Source of the DNA: an uncultured Holophagales bacterium
GTDB lineage: Bacteria > Acidobacteriota > Thermoanaerobaculia > Multivoradales > UBA5704
DNA: 64,000 nt
Assembly: GCA_963842525.1 (NCBI GenBank)
Contig: CAWJGT010000009.1
Location: 448,001-512,000, forward strand
Direction of reading: 5' to 3'
Numbering within the stretch: the stretch's first letter is position 1; every line of letters starts with the position of its first letter. Below, piece by piece: positions 18,725 to 29,605 of the stretch. A program made the position numbers and the translations under genes. Under the pieces are notes generated by a model that made no database searches, was not told where the DNA came from, and saw only the letters and a program-made list of their open reading frames with translations.

Positions 18725-21700
18725 TCAGAACGTGATCTTTGCCGCGAGCTGCACGATGCGGTTGTCGGTCGCACCGAGGTCGGTGCCGAAGGTCGACTGC
18801 GGGATGAGCAGGTTGGTGGCGACGTCGTAGTTGTAGAAGACGTTGCGCTGGGCGTTGATGTTGTCGCGGTCGAAGAGGTTGAACGCCTCGGCGATCAGCT
18901 CCAGGGCGGTGTCGCCGCAGAGCGGGATGCGCTTCGAGATGCGGGCGTCGACCGTGAGGGTGTCCGGCAGGCGCTCCGAGCTCCGGCCGCCCGGCACGAT
19001 GTCGTTGCGGGTGTTGCCGTCGCGGTTGAGATCGTTGGTCACGAGCCTCGAATAGGGCTGTCCGCTCTGCCAGGTGGCGATCCAGCGAAAGCGACCAGCC
19101 GTCGAGCAGGGCCTTCTTGACGCCCCGCTCGTCACTCCAGTAGGAGAGGTTCCACAGGCCGCTCGTCACCAGGCGGTGCCGCTGGTCGTTGCTGCCCGGC
19201 GCCCGATCGGCGTCGAAGTCGAAGGGGTTGGAGGCGAACTTGGCGTCGTCGGAGCCGTTGGGCACCACCGCGGTGGCGTCCGGGCACGGTGTCCTCGACC
19301 TTGCCGAGGGTATAGGCCAGATTGCCCAGGAAACGGCCGCCGTAGCGCTTGCGCAGCTCGAACGTCAGGCCGTTGTACTCGGACTCCGCCGTGCTCTGGA
19401 ACGCGATGATGCGAGCGAAGTTGGTGAACGGCCGCGCGGTGGGGAAGCGGTCGACCGTCAGCGTGCCGCCTCCCTGGATCGGGATCGCGGTCGGCACCGG
19501 GGCGGACAGGTTGATGTCCGTCGAGCGCTGGAGCTTCCTGCCGCGGACGTAGAGGTAGCTCGCGCCGATCGCGATGTCGCCGGTGAGAGCCCGCTCGATG
19601 CCGAGGCTCGCCTGGTGCACCTCGGGGTTCTCGTAGTCGCGGTCGAAGACGAAGATGGTCGGCCTGGGCAGCGCGGCGCCTGTCGGCAGCGTCGGGAAGA
19701 CGTTCGGATAGGTCGGCACCTGGCTGCCGGTGAAGGTGACGGTCTGCACGTTGATGCCGTTGTTCGAGTGCGCCGTGCCCACCATGATCGACGGCGTGCG
19801 GCCGTAGAAGAGGCCGTAGCCGCCGCGGACCACTGTTTTGTCGTCCAGGCGTCCAGGCGAGGCCGAGGCGCGGAGCCGATGTTGTTCTTGTCGATGTTGA
19901 GGAAGCTGGTGTCGATGCCGGCCGCGGCGAGCTGCGGATCGGGGTTGCGGACCTGGCGGCTGCTCGAAGTCCTGGCGGTCGTAGCGCAGGCCGAGGGTCA
20001 GCGTCAGGTTGTCGCGCAGGTCCCAGTCATCCTGGACGAAGACCGCGATCTCGTGGATGTTCGGGTTGGTCGTCGGCGCCGGTGGTGCCCGGGCCGGCGA
20101 AGGCCTGCACGTAGCGCTCGCCCGAGCGCGTTCGGGATGCCGCGGTTGAAGCAGGCGAGGCGAGTTGAAGGTGTAGGCGCCGCCGAAGTTGCCGGGGAAG
20201 AAGTTCAGGATGTCGTCGACTTGAAAGTCCGAAGCCGCTCTTGAAGCTTGTGTCGCCCGCTGCACCCACGTGAGGGTGTCGGCGAGCTGCCAGCGCTTGA
20301 TGGTGGTCTCGCGCGGGCTGAAGATGTTGCGGCCGATGGTCAGGACGGTCGTGCCCGCCCTGGCGGACGGTCGCCTCCGGGATTGTTGCTGTTGGCCTAG
20401 CCCGGGCTCCTCGTCGCTTGCGCGCACTGGACCCGCAGCTCGTTGAACAGGTCGGAGCCGAAGACGCGAGGCGAGCGCGGCGTTGAGGCGTGCGGGTCTC
20501 GACCAGGCTGTCGCCGGTGTGCTCGCTCGGCGTTCTGCGCGCCGCCGTTCTCGAAGTTCTGGCCGGTGAAGTTCTGGTGGTTGTAGCGCAGCGTCAGCGC
20601 GCTGGCTCGGGTTGAGCTCGTGGTCGGTCTTGACAGGAAGACGTCCTGGTTCTGGCCGCGCGCTTCCAGCTGCTCGGCGAGCGGCACGCAGCCTGCGCGA
20701 GCGCCGGCGACCGTGTCGCCGGATCGTCGGGCAGTGTCGGCCGGCAGGTTCAGGAAGATCGACGTTCGGCTGGGGATGTTGCGCTGGCCGTCGTAGTTGA
20801 CGAAGAAGAAGGCCTCGTCGCGCCGGATCGGGCCGCCGAGCGAGCCGCCGAACTGGTTGTAGTGGTACGGCGACTTGGGCCGCGCGGGAACGGCGGTCTT
20901 GTTGATCGCAGTTGTTCGCGTTGAGCGCCTTGTCGCGGTAGAACTCGAAGAGCGAGCCGTGGAATTCGTTGGTGCCCGACTTGGTCACCACGTTGATGAC
21001 CGCGCCGCCGGCGCGGCCGTACTCGGCGGAGTAGGCGTTGCGGTTGACCTGGAACTCCTGCACCGCGTCCTGGCTGAACTGATAGGGCGCGCGGCCGGAG
21101 CCGGTGCGGCCCAGCGGTCTGGCCGAAGAACGTGTTGTTGTTGTCGGCGCCGTCGACGACCAGGCTGTTGAGCGTGCCGCGCTGGCCGGCGAAGCTGATG
21201 TCGCCGGCGCGCACGTCGCGGGTGACGCCGGGGGTGAGCAGCGCGAAGTCGATGAAGTTGCGGCCGTTGACCGGCAGGCTGGGCGACCGCCTGCGGGCCG
21301 ACGACCGACGCCTGGTGTGTGCGCTGGTTCTCGACCACCGGAGCCTCGGCCGTCACCACGATCTCCTCGGAGGCGGACACTCGGAGGGTGAGGTCCACGG
21401 ACAGAGTCTGGCCGATGTTGAGCACGAGGTTCCGCAGCTTCGCGGTCGTGAGGCCTTCGAGCGCAGCGGTCACCTCGTAGGTCCCGACAGGGAGGAGAGG
21501 GGCCCGGTAGCGGCCTTCGTCGTCCGTCTGGGTGTCCCGGGCCACTCCGGTTGCCTGGTTGCGAACCGTGACGCTCACCCCCGGCAGGGGAGCGCCGTCC
21601 GGGTCGTTGACCGTCCCTTCGATCTCGCCGCCCGCCACCTGGGACTGGGCCAGGACGGGGGCCAGGGGGAGAAGGAGCAGAAGGCAGAAGAGTCCGAGGG

Positions 21701-21725
21701 CATACGCTCGTGCGCTTCTGGACAT
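18725..21725 (-). CDS. Oar-like TonB-dependent receptor with N-terminal carboxypeptidase-regulatory-like domain; many frameshifts
   Basis: Signal peptide, [59 protein letters not shown] and terminal QLAAKITF, in several frames. Confidence 0.85.
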
Positions 21726-21875
21726 GGTTGGTTCCTTTCGCCGAGAAAGAGTGCGGAGGTTACTTAGAAATCATACACCAGCCTCGATCCACCGCCGTCC
21801 TTGACCGCCTCTCTCGCCTGCACTACGCTTCTGGACCTACTGTGCCAAGTGCTTTCGACGGAGAGGGCCGTTTTC

Positions 21876-24482
21876 GTGCCGGAGTCCTTGCCCGAGCGCT
21901 CGCCTGAGATCTGGCGGAAGGCCTGCCGGCAGATGGCCTTGCGGGCCGCGGGCGGAGTGGTGGCCTATCCGGCGCTGGTCGCGCTCCTCGGGCCGGCGTC
22001 GGGCCTCTCCCGGACTGCGCCTGCGACCTTCACGATCCTGGTGACCTTCGTCATCCTGGCATCGATCGGCCGGCAGATCCTCATCCGGCGTTTCGACGCG
22101 ATCTGGGACCGCTCTCCGGGTCTCTGGCAGGCCGGCTTCTTCGGCGGCCTCCTAGGCATCTGCTCGGTGATCGGGGGCCTCCTTGGTTACTTCATCCACC
22201 AGAGCGGCGTGACGGAGCTCTCGATGTTCGCCCTCGCCGTGAGCGCAGGGCTCGCGGCCCTGGTGGTCTTCACCTACGCCCCCGCCCTGAACGTCGTCCG
22301 GCTCCTCGTTGCCCTTTTGTTCATCCCGGCGTCCGTAGTGCTGTTGCAGTCCGGGCGGCACCCGGAGCCCTGGATCGCCGGCGTCATCCTGATCTCCGCG
22401 ATCTACATGCTCTGGGTCGCCCAGCAGCAGTATCGAGAACGTTGGGAGGGCCTCGCAACCAGCGATCGGCTGGCTCGGCATGCCTCGGACCTCGAACAGG
22501 CCCAGGCGGACCTGCGGCATGCCCGCGACGAGCTCGAACGACTGGTCGCCGAGCGCACGCGGGAGCTGGAGCGGACGAGCCAGGATTACCGTCAGATCTT
22601 CGAGAGCGCCCACGACGCCATCGTCATCCTGCGGCCCGAGGACGAGCAGGTCCTGAACGTCAACCGCCGGGCTTGCGAGGTCTACGGCTTCACCCGCGAG
22701 GAGTTCCTCCGCCTCTCGATCAAGACGCTCTCCGAAAACGTGGCACGCGGGCAGCGGCAGCTTCGGGAGACGCTAGAGCGCGGCGTCTACAACAAGTTCG
22801 ACAGCATCCATCGCCGCAAGGACGGCAGCCGGATGTTCCTCGAAATCAACGCCTCGGTGATCGAGTACGAGGGCCAGTTGGCGATCCTGAGCATCAACCG
22901 CGACGTGACCGACCGCCGCCGGGCCGAAGAGCTGCGGCTCGCCAAGGAGGCCGCCGAGCACGCCGCCCAGGCCAAGACCCAGTTCCTCGCCAATATGAGC
23001 CACGAGATCCGCACGCCCATGGCCGGCATCCTCGGCCTGTCGGACCTCCTGCTCAAGACCGACCTCGACGAGCGGCAGGCGGAGTACGCCCGGCTCGTCC
23101 AGTCCTCGGCGGGATCTCTCCTCCAGGTGATCGACGATATCCTGGATTTCTCGAAGATCGAAGCCGGCAAGCTCACCCTGGAGGAGGTCGCGTTCGACCT
23201 CCGGGCCCTGCTGCGGGAAGTGGTCGAGCTCCTGCGGCTGAGCGCCCTGGCGAAGGGGACTTCGCTTGAGCTCCAGGTCGCAGACGACCTGCCCTCGTGG
23301 GTGCGCGGCGATCCGGGCCGGCTGCGGCAGGTGCTCCTGAACGTGGTGGGCAATGCCGTCAAGTTCACCGAAGAGGGATCCGTGAGCGTCCGCGCGCGGA
23401 CGAGCATCTCCGGGCGAGTCCACATCCAGGTCCAGGACACCGGGATCGGCATCCCGATCGAGGCGCAGGGGCGTCTTTTCGAGCTCTTCTCGCAGGCCGA
23501 CAGCTCGACCTCCCGCCGCTTCGGCGGCACCGGGCTCGGCCTGGCGATCAGCAAACGGATCGTCGAGGCGATGGGCGGCGAGATCGGCGTCGAGAGCACG
23601 CCGGGGAAGGGCTCGACGTTCTGGATCACCGTGAGCCTCGGGAGCGCCGCGTCTCCGGTGGAGACGGAGAGCCTGACCGGCCGATCCGTCCGTTCCCGCC
23701 GCATCCTGACGGCGGAGGACAATCCGATCAGCCAGATCGTGATCACCGAGCATCTGAAGGCGCTCGGTCACGAGGTCACCGGCGTCGGCAACGGGCTCGA
23801 GGTCCTCGCGGCCCTGGAGAGCGCGTCCTACGACCTCGTGCTGATGGACTGCCAGATGCCGCATCTCGACGGCTACGAGGCGACCCAGCGGATTCGCCAG
23901 CTCCCGGGCGCGGCGGCTCGCCTTCCGATCATTGCGCTGACGGCGCACGCCATCCGCGAAGAGCTCGACAAGTGCCTGGCCGTCGGGATGAACGACTACA
24001 TCACCAAACCGTTTCGCGAGGAGGTCCTCCGCCGCAAGCTCGAGCTCTGGCTCGACAGCGAGCCGGAGGCCGTGCCGGCGAAGACCGTGCCCGATCCCTC
24101 TGAGATTTTCGACAGGACGTTCGATGAGCTGCAGCTCGCGAGGCTGCGCGCCCTCGGGCAACAATCGGGACCGGAGTTTCTGCCCAAGCTCGTCGACCAG
24201 TTCCGGGGCCGGACCTACATGGACGACCTCCGCAGGGCGCTGGACCGCGAAGACCGCAACGCCCTCCAAGGTTGCGCGCACGCGCTCAAAGGAAGCAGCG
24301 CCCTTCTGGGTGCGACGCGCCTTTCCCAGCTCTGTGCACGGCTGGAGCTGATCGCCCTCGCAGAGCCGCGAGAGGCGTGTCTGGACCAGCTCGACCTGAT
24401 TGCAGCCGAGCACCGCAGGGTCCTTCAAGGCCTTCCCGTCGTGCTCCAGACGGTACCCGCCGAGCGGCCGCGAGAGGTCTGA
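21876..24482 (+). CDS. Membrane hybrid sensor kinase (TM-PAS-HisKA-HATPase-REC-Hpt)
   Basis: FLANMSHEIRTP, NVVGNAVKFT, GGTGLGLAI, DLVLMDCQMP and AHALKGSS. Confidence 0.93.
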   Translation: MPESLPERSPEIWRKACRQMALRAAGGVVAYPALVALLGPASGLSRTAPATFTILVTFVILASIGRQILIRRFDAIWDRSPGLWQAGFFGGLLGICSVIGGLLGYFIHQSGVTELSMFALAVSAGLAALVVFTYAPALNVVRLLVALLFIPASVVLLQSGRHPEPWIAGVILISAIYMLWVAQQQYRERWEGLATSDRLARHASDLEQAQADLRHARDELERLVAERTRELERTSQDYRQIFESAHDAIVILRPEDEQVLNVNRRACEVYGFTREEFLRLSIKTLSENVARGQRQLRETLERGVYNKFDSIHRRKDGSRMFLEINASVIEYEGQLAILSINRDVTDRRRAEELRLAKEAAEHAAQAKTQFLANMSHEIRTPMAGILGLSDLLLKTDLDERQAEYARLVQSSAGSLLQVIDDILDFSKIEAGKLTLEEVAFDLRALLREVVELLRLSALAKGTSLELQVADDLPSWVRGDPGRLRQVLLNVVGNAVKFTEEGSVSVRARTSISGRVHIQVQDTGIGIPIEAQGRLFELFSQADSSTSRRFGGTGLGLAISKRIVEAMGGEIGVESTPGKGSTFWITVSLGSAASPVETESLTGRSVRSRRILTAEDNPISQIVITEHLKALGHEVTGVGNGLEVLAALESASYDLVLMDCQMPHLDGYEATQRIRQLPGAAARLPIIALTAHAIREELDKCLAVGMNDYITKPFREEVLRRKLELWLDSEPEAVPAKTVPDPSEIFDRTFDELQLARLRALGQQSGPEFLPKLVDQFRGRTYMDDLRRALDREDRNALQGCAHALKGSSALLGATRLSQLCARLELIALAEPREACLDQLDLIAAEHRRVLQGLPVVLQTVPAERPREV

Positions 24483-24508
24483 TCACCCTGGCGCGGTATC
24501 CTTAGGGC

Positions 24509-24772
24509 ATGGCCGAGGATTCGCCGCAGGACTGGCAGGAGGCGACACTGAGGCGGAGGCGTTTTGACCTGTCGACCTCTCAGGCACTGTGGAACCGATC
24601 ACGGCTGGACCTCAGGAGCGACGAGGTGCTCGCCCAGATCCTGGACCGCGGCGAGCTCGCCGCCTGGCGCGAGATCTACCGCCTGGCCTCGGGACCTGGC
24701 GAAGAGGCCGCGGAGCTGCGACTTCGGCCGGCGGCTACCTCGGCACAAAAGGCCGCGCCACGTCCACCTTGA
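24509..24772 (+). pseudogene. Probable truncated TA-associated small protein remnant
   Basis: ALWNRSRLDL...LAQILDRGELAAWREIYRL resembles antitoxin-like genes that precede nucleotidyltransferase toxins; it runs into the convergent helicase. Confidence 0.35.
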
Positions 24773-26423
24773 CCTTGCGGCCGCGCAGCGTCGTGCGGCG
24801 CAGGGCTTCGATCACGTTGTCGGACTCGGCGGCCGGGATCTCCACGAAGGCGGTGCGGTCCAGGATGTCGATGGCGCCGATCGAGCGCCCGTGGACGCCG
24901 GCCTCGTTGGCGATTGCTCCGACCAGGTCGGCCGGACGCAGTCCGTCCTGACGGCCCAGGCCGATGAAGAGGCGGACCATGCCCTGCTCCGGCCGTTCGG
25001 AGTCGGCGGCAAGCTCCTCGGACACCTCCGCCGGCGCGCTGTTCTGGCTCTGCCACAGCATCTGGAGCGCTGCGGCGGCGATCTCGGCCGGGTCGTATTC
25101 CCCGGCGAGCTCCTCGACCGTCGCCAGATGGCCGTCGAAAGAGGCCGCCTCCAGGGTCTCACGGAGTGCATCCTTGAACAGGTCTCGCCGCCGCGCGGCG
25201 ATGTCGGCCGCGGTCGGCAGGCGCGCCGGCTTGATGGGGGCGCCGATCATCCGCTCGATCGCCTTGAGCTGCCGTCGCTCGCGCGGCTCGACCAGCGTGA
25301 GAGCGTCGCCGGTTCGCCCGGCGCGGCCGGTGCGGCCGATGCGGTGGATGTACTGCTCCACGTCCCACGGGATGTCGTAATTGATCACGTGGGTGACCGT
25401 CTCGATGTCGAGCCCTCGGGCCGCCACGTCGGTCGCCACCAGCAGGTCGGACTGCCCCTCGCGGAAACGGCGCATCACGCGGTCCCGCTCCGGCTGGGCC
25501 ATCTCGCCGTGCAGCGCTTCGGCGTTGTAGCCGCGCAGGCGCAGCGCTTCGGCCAGGTCGCTGGTCTCCTGGCGCGTGCGGCAGAAGACGATGGTCGGGC
25601 CGGGCGTCTCCATGTCGAGCACGCGCGCCAGGGCCTCCAGCTTCTTGCCGGGCGGCACCTCGTAATAGGTCTGGTTCGTGGTCTCGACCGTGCGCCGCCG
25701 CGCCGTGATGGCGACGCGCTCCGGATCGCGCAGGAACCGCCGGGTCAGGTCTGCGATCCGGGGCGGCATGGTTGCCGAGAAGAAGGCGAGCTGCCTCTCG
25801 TCCGGGAGCTCGGCCAGGATCGTCTCGACGTCCTCCAGGAAGCCGAGCGCCAGCATCTCGTCGGCCTCGTCGATCACGCAGAAGGTCACCTTCTGGAGCG
25901 CCAGCGAGCCGCGCCGCAGGTGGTCCAGGAGCCGGCCCGGCGTGCCGACCACGATCTGCGCTCCGTCGCGCAAGGCCCGGAACTGCCGGTCGATCGGCTG
26001 CCCGCCGTAGACCGGCACCACGCGCAGGCTGGTGTGCTTCGCCAGGTCGTGAATCCCGCCTGCCACCTGGATCGCCAGCTCCCGGGTGGGGGCGAGCACC
26101 AGGGCCTGCGTCTCCCGGCGCGATGCATCCACCTTCTGGATCAGCGGCAGGGCGAAGGCCGCCGTCTTGCCCGTCCCGGTCTGCGCCTGTCCGATCAAGT
26201 CGCGCCCGGCGAGCAGCAGCGGCACCGCCCGCGCCTGGATGGGCGTCGGGGCCTCGAAACCGAGCTCGGCGACCGCCCGCGCAAGAGGCTCGGCCAGCCC
26301 CAGGTCGGCGAAGGACAGCAGAGGCTGCTCCTCGACCGGTGCGGCGGCCGGCTCCGGAGGCTTGGCGCGGTGAGGGTCAAGGGGACGGCTGCTGTCTTGC
26401 GGTTTCTTTTCGGCTCTCTTCAT
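24735..26423 (-). CDS. deaD: DEAD-box RNA helicase with DbpA RNA-binding domain (DeaD/CsdA-like)
   Basis: AQTGTGKT, PTRELA, DEAD, SAT, HRIGRTGRAG and C-terminal LFIGLGRQDGLRPADLVGAIANE. Confidence 0.92.
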   Translation of the reverse strand: MKRAEKKPQDSSRPLDPHRAKPPEPAAAPVEEQPLLSFADLGLAEPLARAVAELGFEAPTPIQARAVPLLLAGRDLIGQAQTGTGKTAAFALPLIQKVDASRRETQALVLAPTRELAIQVAGGIHDLAKHTSLRVVPVYGGQPIDRQFRALRDGAQIVVGTPGRLLDHLRRGSLALQKVTFCVIDEADEMLALGFLEDVETILAELPDERQLAFFSATMPPRIADLTRRFLRDPERVAITARRRTVETTNQTYYEVPPGKKLEALARVLDMETPGPTIVFCRTRQETSDLAEALRLRGYNAEALHGEMAQPERDRVMRRFREGQSDLLVATDVAARGLDIETVTHVINYDIPWDVEQYIHRIGRTGRAGRTGDALTLVEPRERRQLKAIERMIGAPIKPARLPTAADIAARRRDLFKDALRETLEAASFDGHLATVEELAGEYDPAEIAAAALQMLWQSQNSAPAEVSEELAADSERPEQGMVRLFIGLGRQDGLRPADLVGAIANEAGVHGRSIGAIDILDRTAFVEIPAAESDNVIEALRRTTLRGRKVKVDVARPFVPR

Positions 26424-26646
26424 TCACTCCTCAGCTCCTAGGAACTCTGTCTCTGCCCGCGCGTTAGGGTCGGTTGGAACCAGGGAAGGAGACTCATGAA
26501 AGCCACTCACCGGACCGCTGTGCTCGTCCTCGCCCCCGTCCTCTCGTTCGCCCCCGCGCTCCTGTCTCAGACACCAGCCCCCGTTCCCGGCCCGCGTCCG
26601 CCAGCATATACCGGAGCCGATCCGGCTCGATCCGGCTCAATAGCGC

Positions 26647-27960
26647 TCAATAGAGAGGCCGAAAGAGGTTCGAGACGATCTCGGCGAGGCGCTGCTCGAT
26701 GCTGCGCCTCTTCCAACTCTCGTAGCTGATCTCGCGGGAGGACCTTTCGTCCTCGGCGAAGACCGCCTCGAGCCGTGCGCCGAAGTCGCGGTCGTAGAAG
26801 GCCAGGCTCGCTTCGGCGTTTTCGTGCAGCGAACGCGCGTCGAAGTTGACCGAGCCGATGATGCTGAAGGTGCCGTCGAAGACGGCGTCCTTGCTGTGCA
26901 TCATCGTGCGGTTGTATTCGAAGATCCGGACGCCCGCGGTGAGGAGCTCGCCGTAGTGCAGGCGCGAGGCCATGCGCACGAGCGGCTGGTCCATGTGCCG
27001 ACCGGGGATCATGATCCGCACGTCGACGCCGCGGCGCGCCGCCTGGATGAGCGCCTGGCGGATCTGCCGGGTGGGGACGAAATAGGCGTTCTGGATGTGG
27101 ATCGACTTCCGGGCCGAGCTGATGGCGACGAAGTAGAGCATGGCGGCGAGCGAGGACGAATCGCCGCGCGACGTCTTGATCGCCTGCGCCACGACCTCTC
27201 CCGCCGGGTCGATCCGCGGATAGAACTTGTCGCCGCCCAGGATTTCGCCGGTCGTGAACGTCCAGTCTTCGCTGAAGATCGCCTGCATCTGCGCCGAGAC
27301 GGGCCCGGTGGCCCGCACCATCATGTCCCGCCACTCCTGCGGATTGCGGGCATCCCCGAGCCAGTGGTTGGCGATGCAGAAGCCGCCGGTAAAGCTGACG
27401 GTGCCGTCGACGACCAGGATCTTCCGGTGCGTCCGCCGGACGATCTTATGGATGGTCCAGAGCTGGATGGGGCGGAACACGCGGGCCTTGACGCCCGCCT
27501 GCCGCATGCGCTCGAGGAGCGGCCCGGAGAACTTGCTGCCCGTGCCATCCACCAGCACACGCACCTCGACGCCCCGCCGTGCGGCGTCCATCAGCGCCTC
27601 GGCCATGATCTTGCCCGCCCGGTCGTCCTTGAAGATGTACGACTCGAGATTGACCGTCATCCTGGCATCGCGGATCGCGCTGGTCATCGCGGGGAAGATC
27701 TCGTCTCCGTTGTTCAGGATCTCGGCGCGGTTCCCCTCCACCATCGCATTGCCGAAGCCGTTCAAGGAACGGCGGAAGGCATCATCCTCCACGGCGGAAG
27801 GCTGGTCGTACTGGTAGACGCTCCGTTGGTCGAACCGCACCATGGTGCAGGCCGACGTCTGGACGAGGAGCGCCACGACCGCGCAGCAGGCAAGGAGACG
27901 GCGGCCCCAGGTCGCACGGCCATATCGTGCGACCTGCATCACGCGCGGATACCTACCCAT
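26647..27960 (-). CDS. Cardiolipin synthase / phospholipase D family protein
   Basis: HKD motifs THRKILVVD and MHSKDAVFD, plus IGSVNFDARS; start may be slightly downstream. Confidence 0.9.
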   Translation of the reverse strand: MGRYPRVMQVARYGRATWGRRLLACCAVVALLVQTSACTMVRFDQRSVYQYDQPSAVEDDAFRRSLNGFGNAMVEGNRAEILNNGDEIFPAMTSAIRDARMTVNLESYIFKDDRAGKIMAEALMDAARRGVEVRVLVDGTGSKFSGPLLERMRQAGVKARVFRPIQLWTIHKIVRRTHRKILVVDGTVSFTGGFCIANHWLGDARNPQEWRDMMVRATGPVSAQMQAIFSEDWTFTTGEILGGDKFYPRIDPAGEVVAQAIKTSRGDSSSLAAMLYFVAISSARKSIHIQNAYFVPTRQIRQALIQAARRGVDVRIMIPGRHMDQPLVRMASRLHYGELLTAGVRIFEYNRTMMHSKDAVFDGTFSIIGSVNFDARSLHENAEASLAFYDRDFGARLEAVFAEDERSSREISYESWKRRSIEQRLAEIVSNLFRPLY

Positions 27961-28022
27961 GTCACAGATGTGGCACGCTCGCGGTTGTGGGGGGGAGGTC
28001 TTCTCGCATGCCAGAAGCGAGA

Positions 28023-28051
28023 TTGTAACCTGTGAGGGGACGGGTTACACT
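28023..28051 (+). promoter_or_regulatory. higBA promoter TTGTAA-N17-TACACT overlapped by operator IR TGTAACC...GGTTACA
   Basis: IR at 28024-28049 spans both boxes; GTG start lies 7 nt after the -10. Confidence 0.7.
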
Positions 28052-28057
28052 TGGGAA

Positions 28058-28339
28058 GTGGCGATCTTTGGTTTCCGGCATAAGGGGCTGGAGCTTCTCT
28101 TCACCGCCGGGAAGACGTCCAGGATTCAGGCCCACCATGCCGAACGGCTCCGCCTTATCCTCGGCCGCTTGAATGTGGCTACGGAACCGCGAGATATGAA
28201 CCTGCCGGGGCTCCAATTGCATCAGCTCAAAGGAGACCGCCGGGGAACGTGGGCGGTCAGCGTGAGCGGCAACTGGCGAGTGACTTTCGTGTTCGTCGGG
28301 AAGGATGTCGATGGGGTCGACTACGAGGACTATCACTGA
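28058..28339 (+). CDS. higB: HigB (RelE-family) toxin
   Basis: [10 protein letters not shown]...[24 protein letters not shown]...DYEDYH. Confidence 0.93.
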   Translation: MAIFGFRHKGLELLFTAGKTSRIQAHHAERLRLILGRLNVATEPRDMNLPGLQLHQLKGDRRGTWAVSVSGNWRVTFVFVGKDVDGVDYEDYH

Positions 28340-28349
28340 GGTTGGAACG

Positions 28350-28637
28350 ATGAGAATGCACAATCCACCTCATCCAGGCGAGGTTTTGCGGTCTCTGTGC
28401 CTGGAGCCGCTCGGCTTGACGGTCAGTGCTACGGCCAAGGCGCTGGGCATCAGCCGCAAGACACTGTCGGGGATTGTCAACGGGCGCGTGGGGATCAGCC
28501 CCGAAATGGCCGTGCGCCTTTCGCTGGCGTTCGACACGACGGCGGAGAGTTGGCTCAACCAGCAGGTCCAGTACGACCTCTGGCGGGCAGAGGAGAAGCG
28601 CAATACGCTCCGGGTCCAGCGGCTCTCGGCCGCATAG
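28350..28637 (+). CDS. higA: HigA (Xre-HTH) antitoxin
   Basis: [11 protein letters not shown]...[12 protein letters not shown]...ISPEMAVRL...[11 protein letters not shown]. Confidence 0.95.
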   Translation: MRMHNPPHPGEVLRSLCLEPLGLTVSATAKALGISRKTLSGIVNGRVGISPEMAVRLSLAFDTTAESWLNQQVQYDLWRAEEKRNTLRVQRLSAA

Positions 28638-28701
28638 GCTGTTCCAGCCCCACCGAGTCACCTCCCGACCCTCCCGACCGGGAAATGATCGAGCCGAAGC
28701 T

Positions 28702-29205
28702 TCAACGACGACGCGCTGTCTTGGTGTACAGCGCTTCGTGGAAGGCCTTTCCTTCGCGGACGAGCCGGATTTCTCCTTCGGCGAGCATTCGGCGCAGGGT
28801 GTCCGAGGCGGTTCGCGAGCCGATGGGCTTGCGCAGGCGTTGCGCGAAACGGCGGTTGGCCTCTGCCGCTACGGCGGTCGCGCCGAAGGGGTCTTCCAGG
28901 CCCGGGCTTGCGACGACCCGCCGGAGCAGCCTGCTGACCATCAGGCGGCCCGGCGCCGGAAGCTCCTCCTCTTTGGCAACGGCCGCTGCTGCGACGACCG
29001 GCCGGGCGAGGTCGACCGCCGTCGCGGCGGCGGCGCGGAAGGCTTCAAGGCTCTGCAACACCGTTTCGAGCTCGGCCGCGTACCGGGCTCTCTGCTCCCG
29101 ATGGTGGACCTCGTGCTGCGCGTGAAAGGCCTCCTGTTCGCGGAGGAAGGTCGCACGCTGCTCCAGATGCGCCAAGACTTCGTCGATCGACAGCTTCGCG
29201 CTCAT
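28702..29205 (-). CDS. Uncharacterised 167 aa protein: N-terminal coiled coil and C-terminal winged-helix-like domain
   Basis: ATG at 29205. Helical run LAHLEQRATFLREQEAFHAQHEVHHREQRARYAAELETVLQSLEAF; C-terminal FGATAVAAEANRRF...SRTASDTLRRMLAEGEIRLVREGKAFHEALY fits helix-turn-helix plus wing. Confidence 0.7.
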   Translation of the reverse strand: MSAKLSIDEVLAHLEQRATFLREQEAFHAQHEVHHREQRARYAAELETVLQSLEAFRAAAATAVDLARPVVAAAAVAKEEELPAPGRLMVSRLLRRVVASPGLEDPFGATAVAAEANRRFAQRLRKPIGSRTASDTLRRMLAEGEIRLVREGKAFHEALYTKTARRR

Positions 29206-29260
29206 GTTGTTCGGCCGGTTGCGGGTTGTTTCCGGTGAAGGATAGCACGACGGCGCTGTG

Positions 29261-29605
29261 TACGCTGCGGTGGAGTACCCCGGCCTTGCGGTAGAGAGGC
29301 TTACGCTGCGGCAGCGCCCGATACGCCGCGGCAGATCCATGTACGCTGCGGCAGAGTCGAGGTACCTTACGGTAGGGCTCCGTACGGCGCGGTAGAGGAA
29401 ATGCCTCTGCGGCAGAGGCGGCTACGGTGCCGCGGAGTACCCTGATCCTGCGGTAGAGCTCTGTACACTGCGGCAGAGTCGTTGGCAGTGCCGCAGAGAC
29501 CGGGGCAGCGCGGTAGGGTCACGTGCCGTGCGGCAGGGGATCATGACTCTGCGGCAGAGGATGCTTCCATTGCGGCAGCGCCCCGTACGGTGCGGTAGAG
29601 ACCTT
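29261..29605. repeat. Tandem array of 17 degenerate 20-21 bp units, consensus about TACNCT-GCGG-YAGAG-N5/6
   Basis: GCGG-type cores at 29267, 29288, 29308, 29328, 29348, 29369, 29389, 29409, 29429, 29450, 29470, 29490, 29510, 29530, 29551, 29572 and 29592. Two more decayed units may extend to about 29645. Confidence 0.9.

Noticed and set aside
26496-26729. Small secreted protein ORF with RBS
   Set aside because: It has a signal-like start, but overlaps the convergent cls gene by about 80 bp and has no recognisable domain; at best a remnant.
29261-29605. CRISPR or TIGR-type guide array
   Set aside because: The period is only 20-21 bp, repeats are degenerate, variable parts are 5-11 nt, and no cas or Nop-domain gene is nearby.
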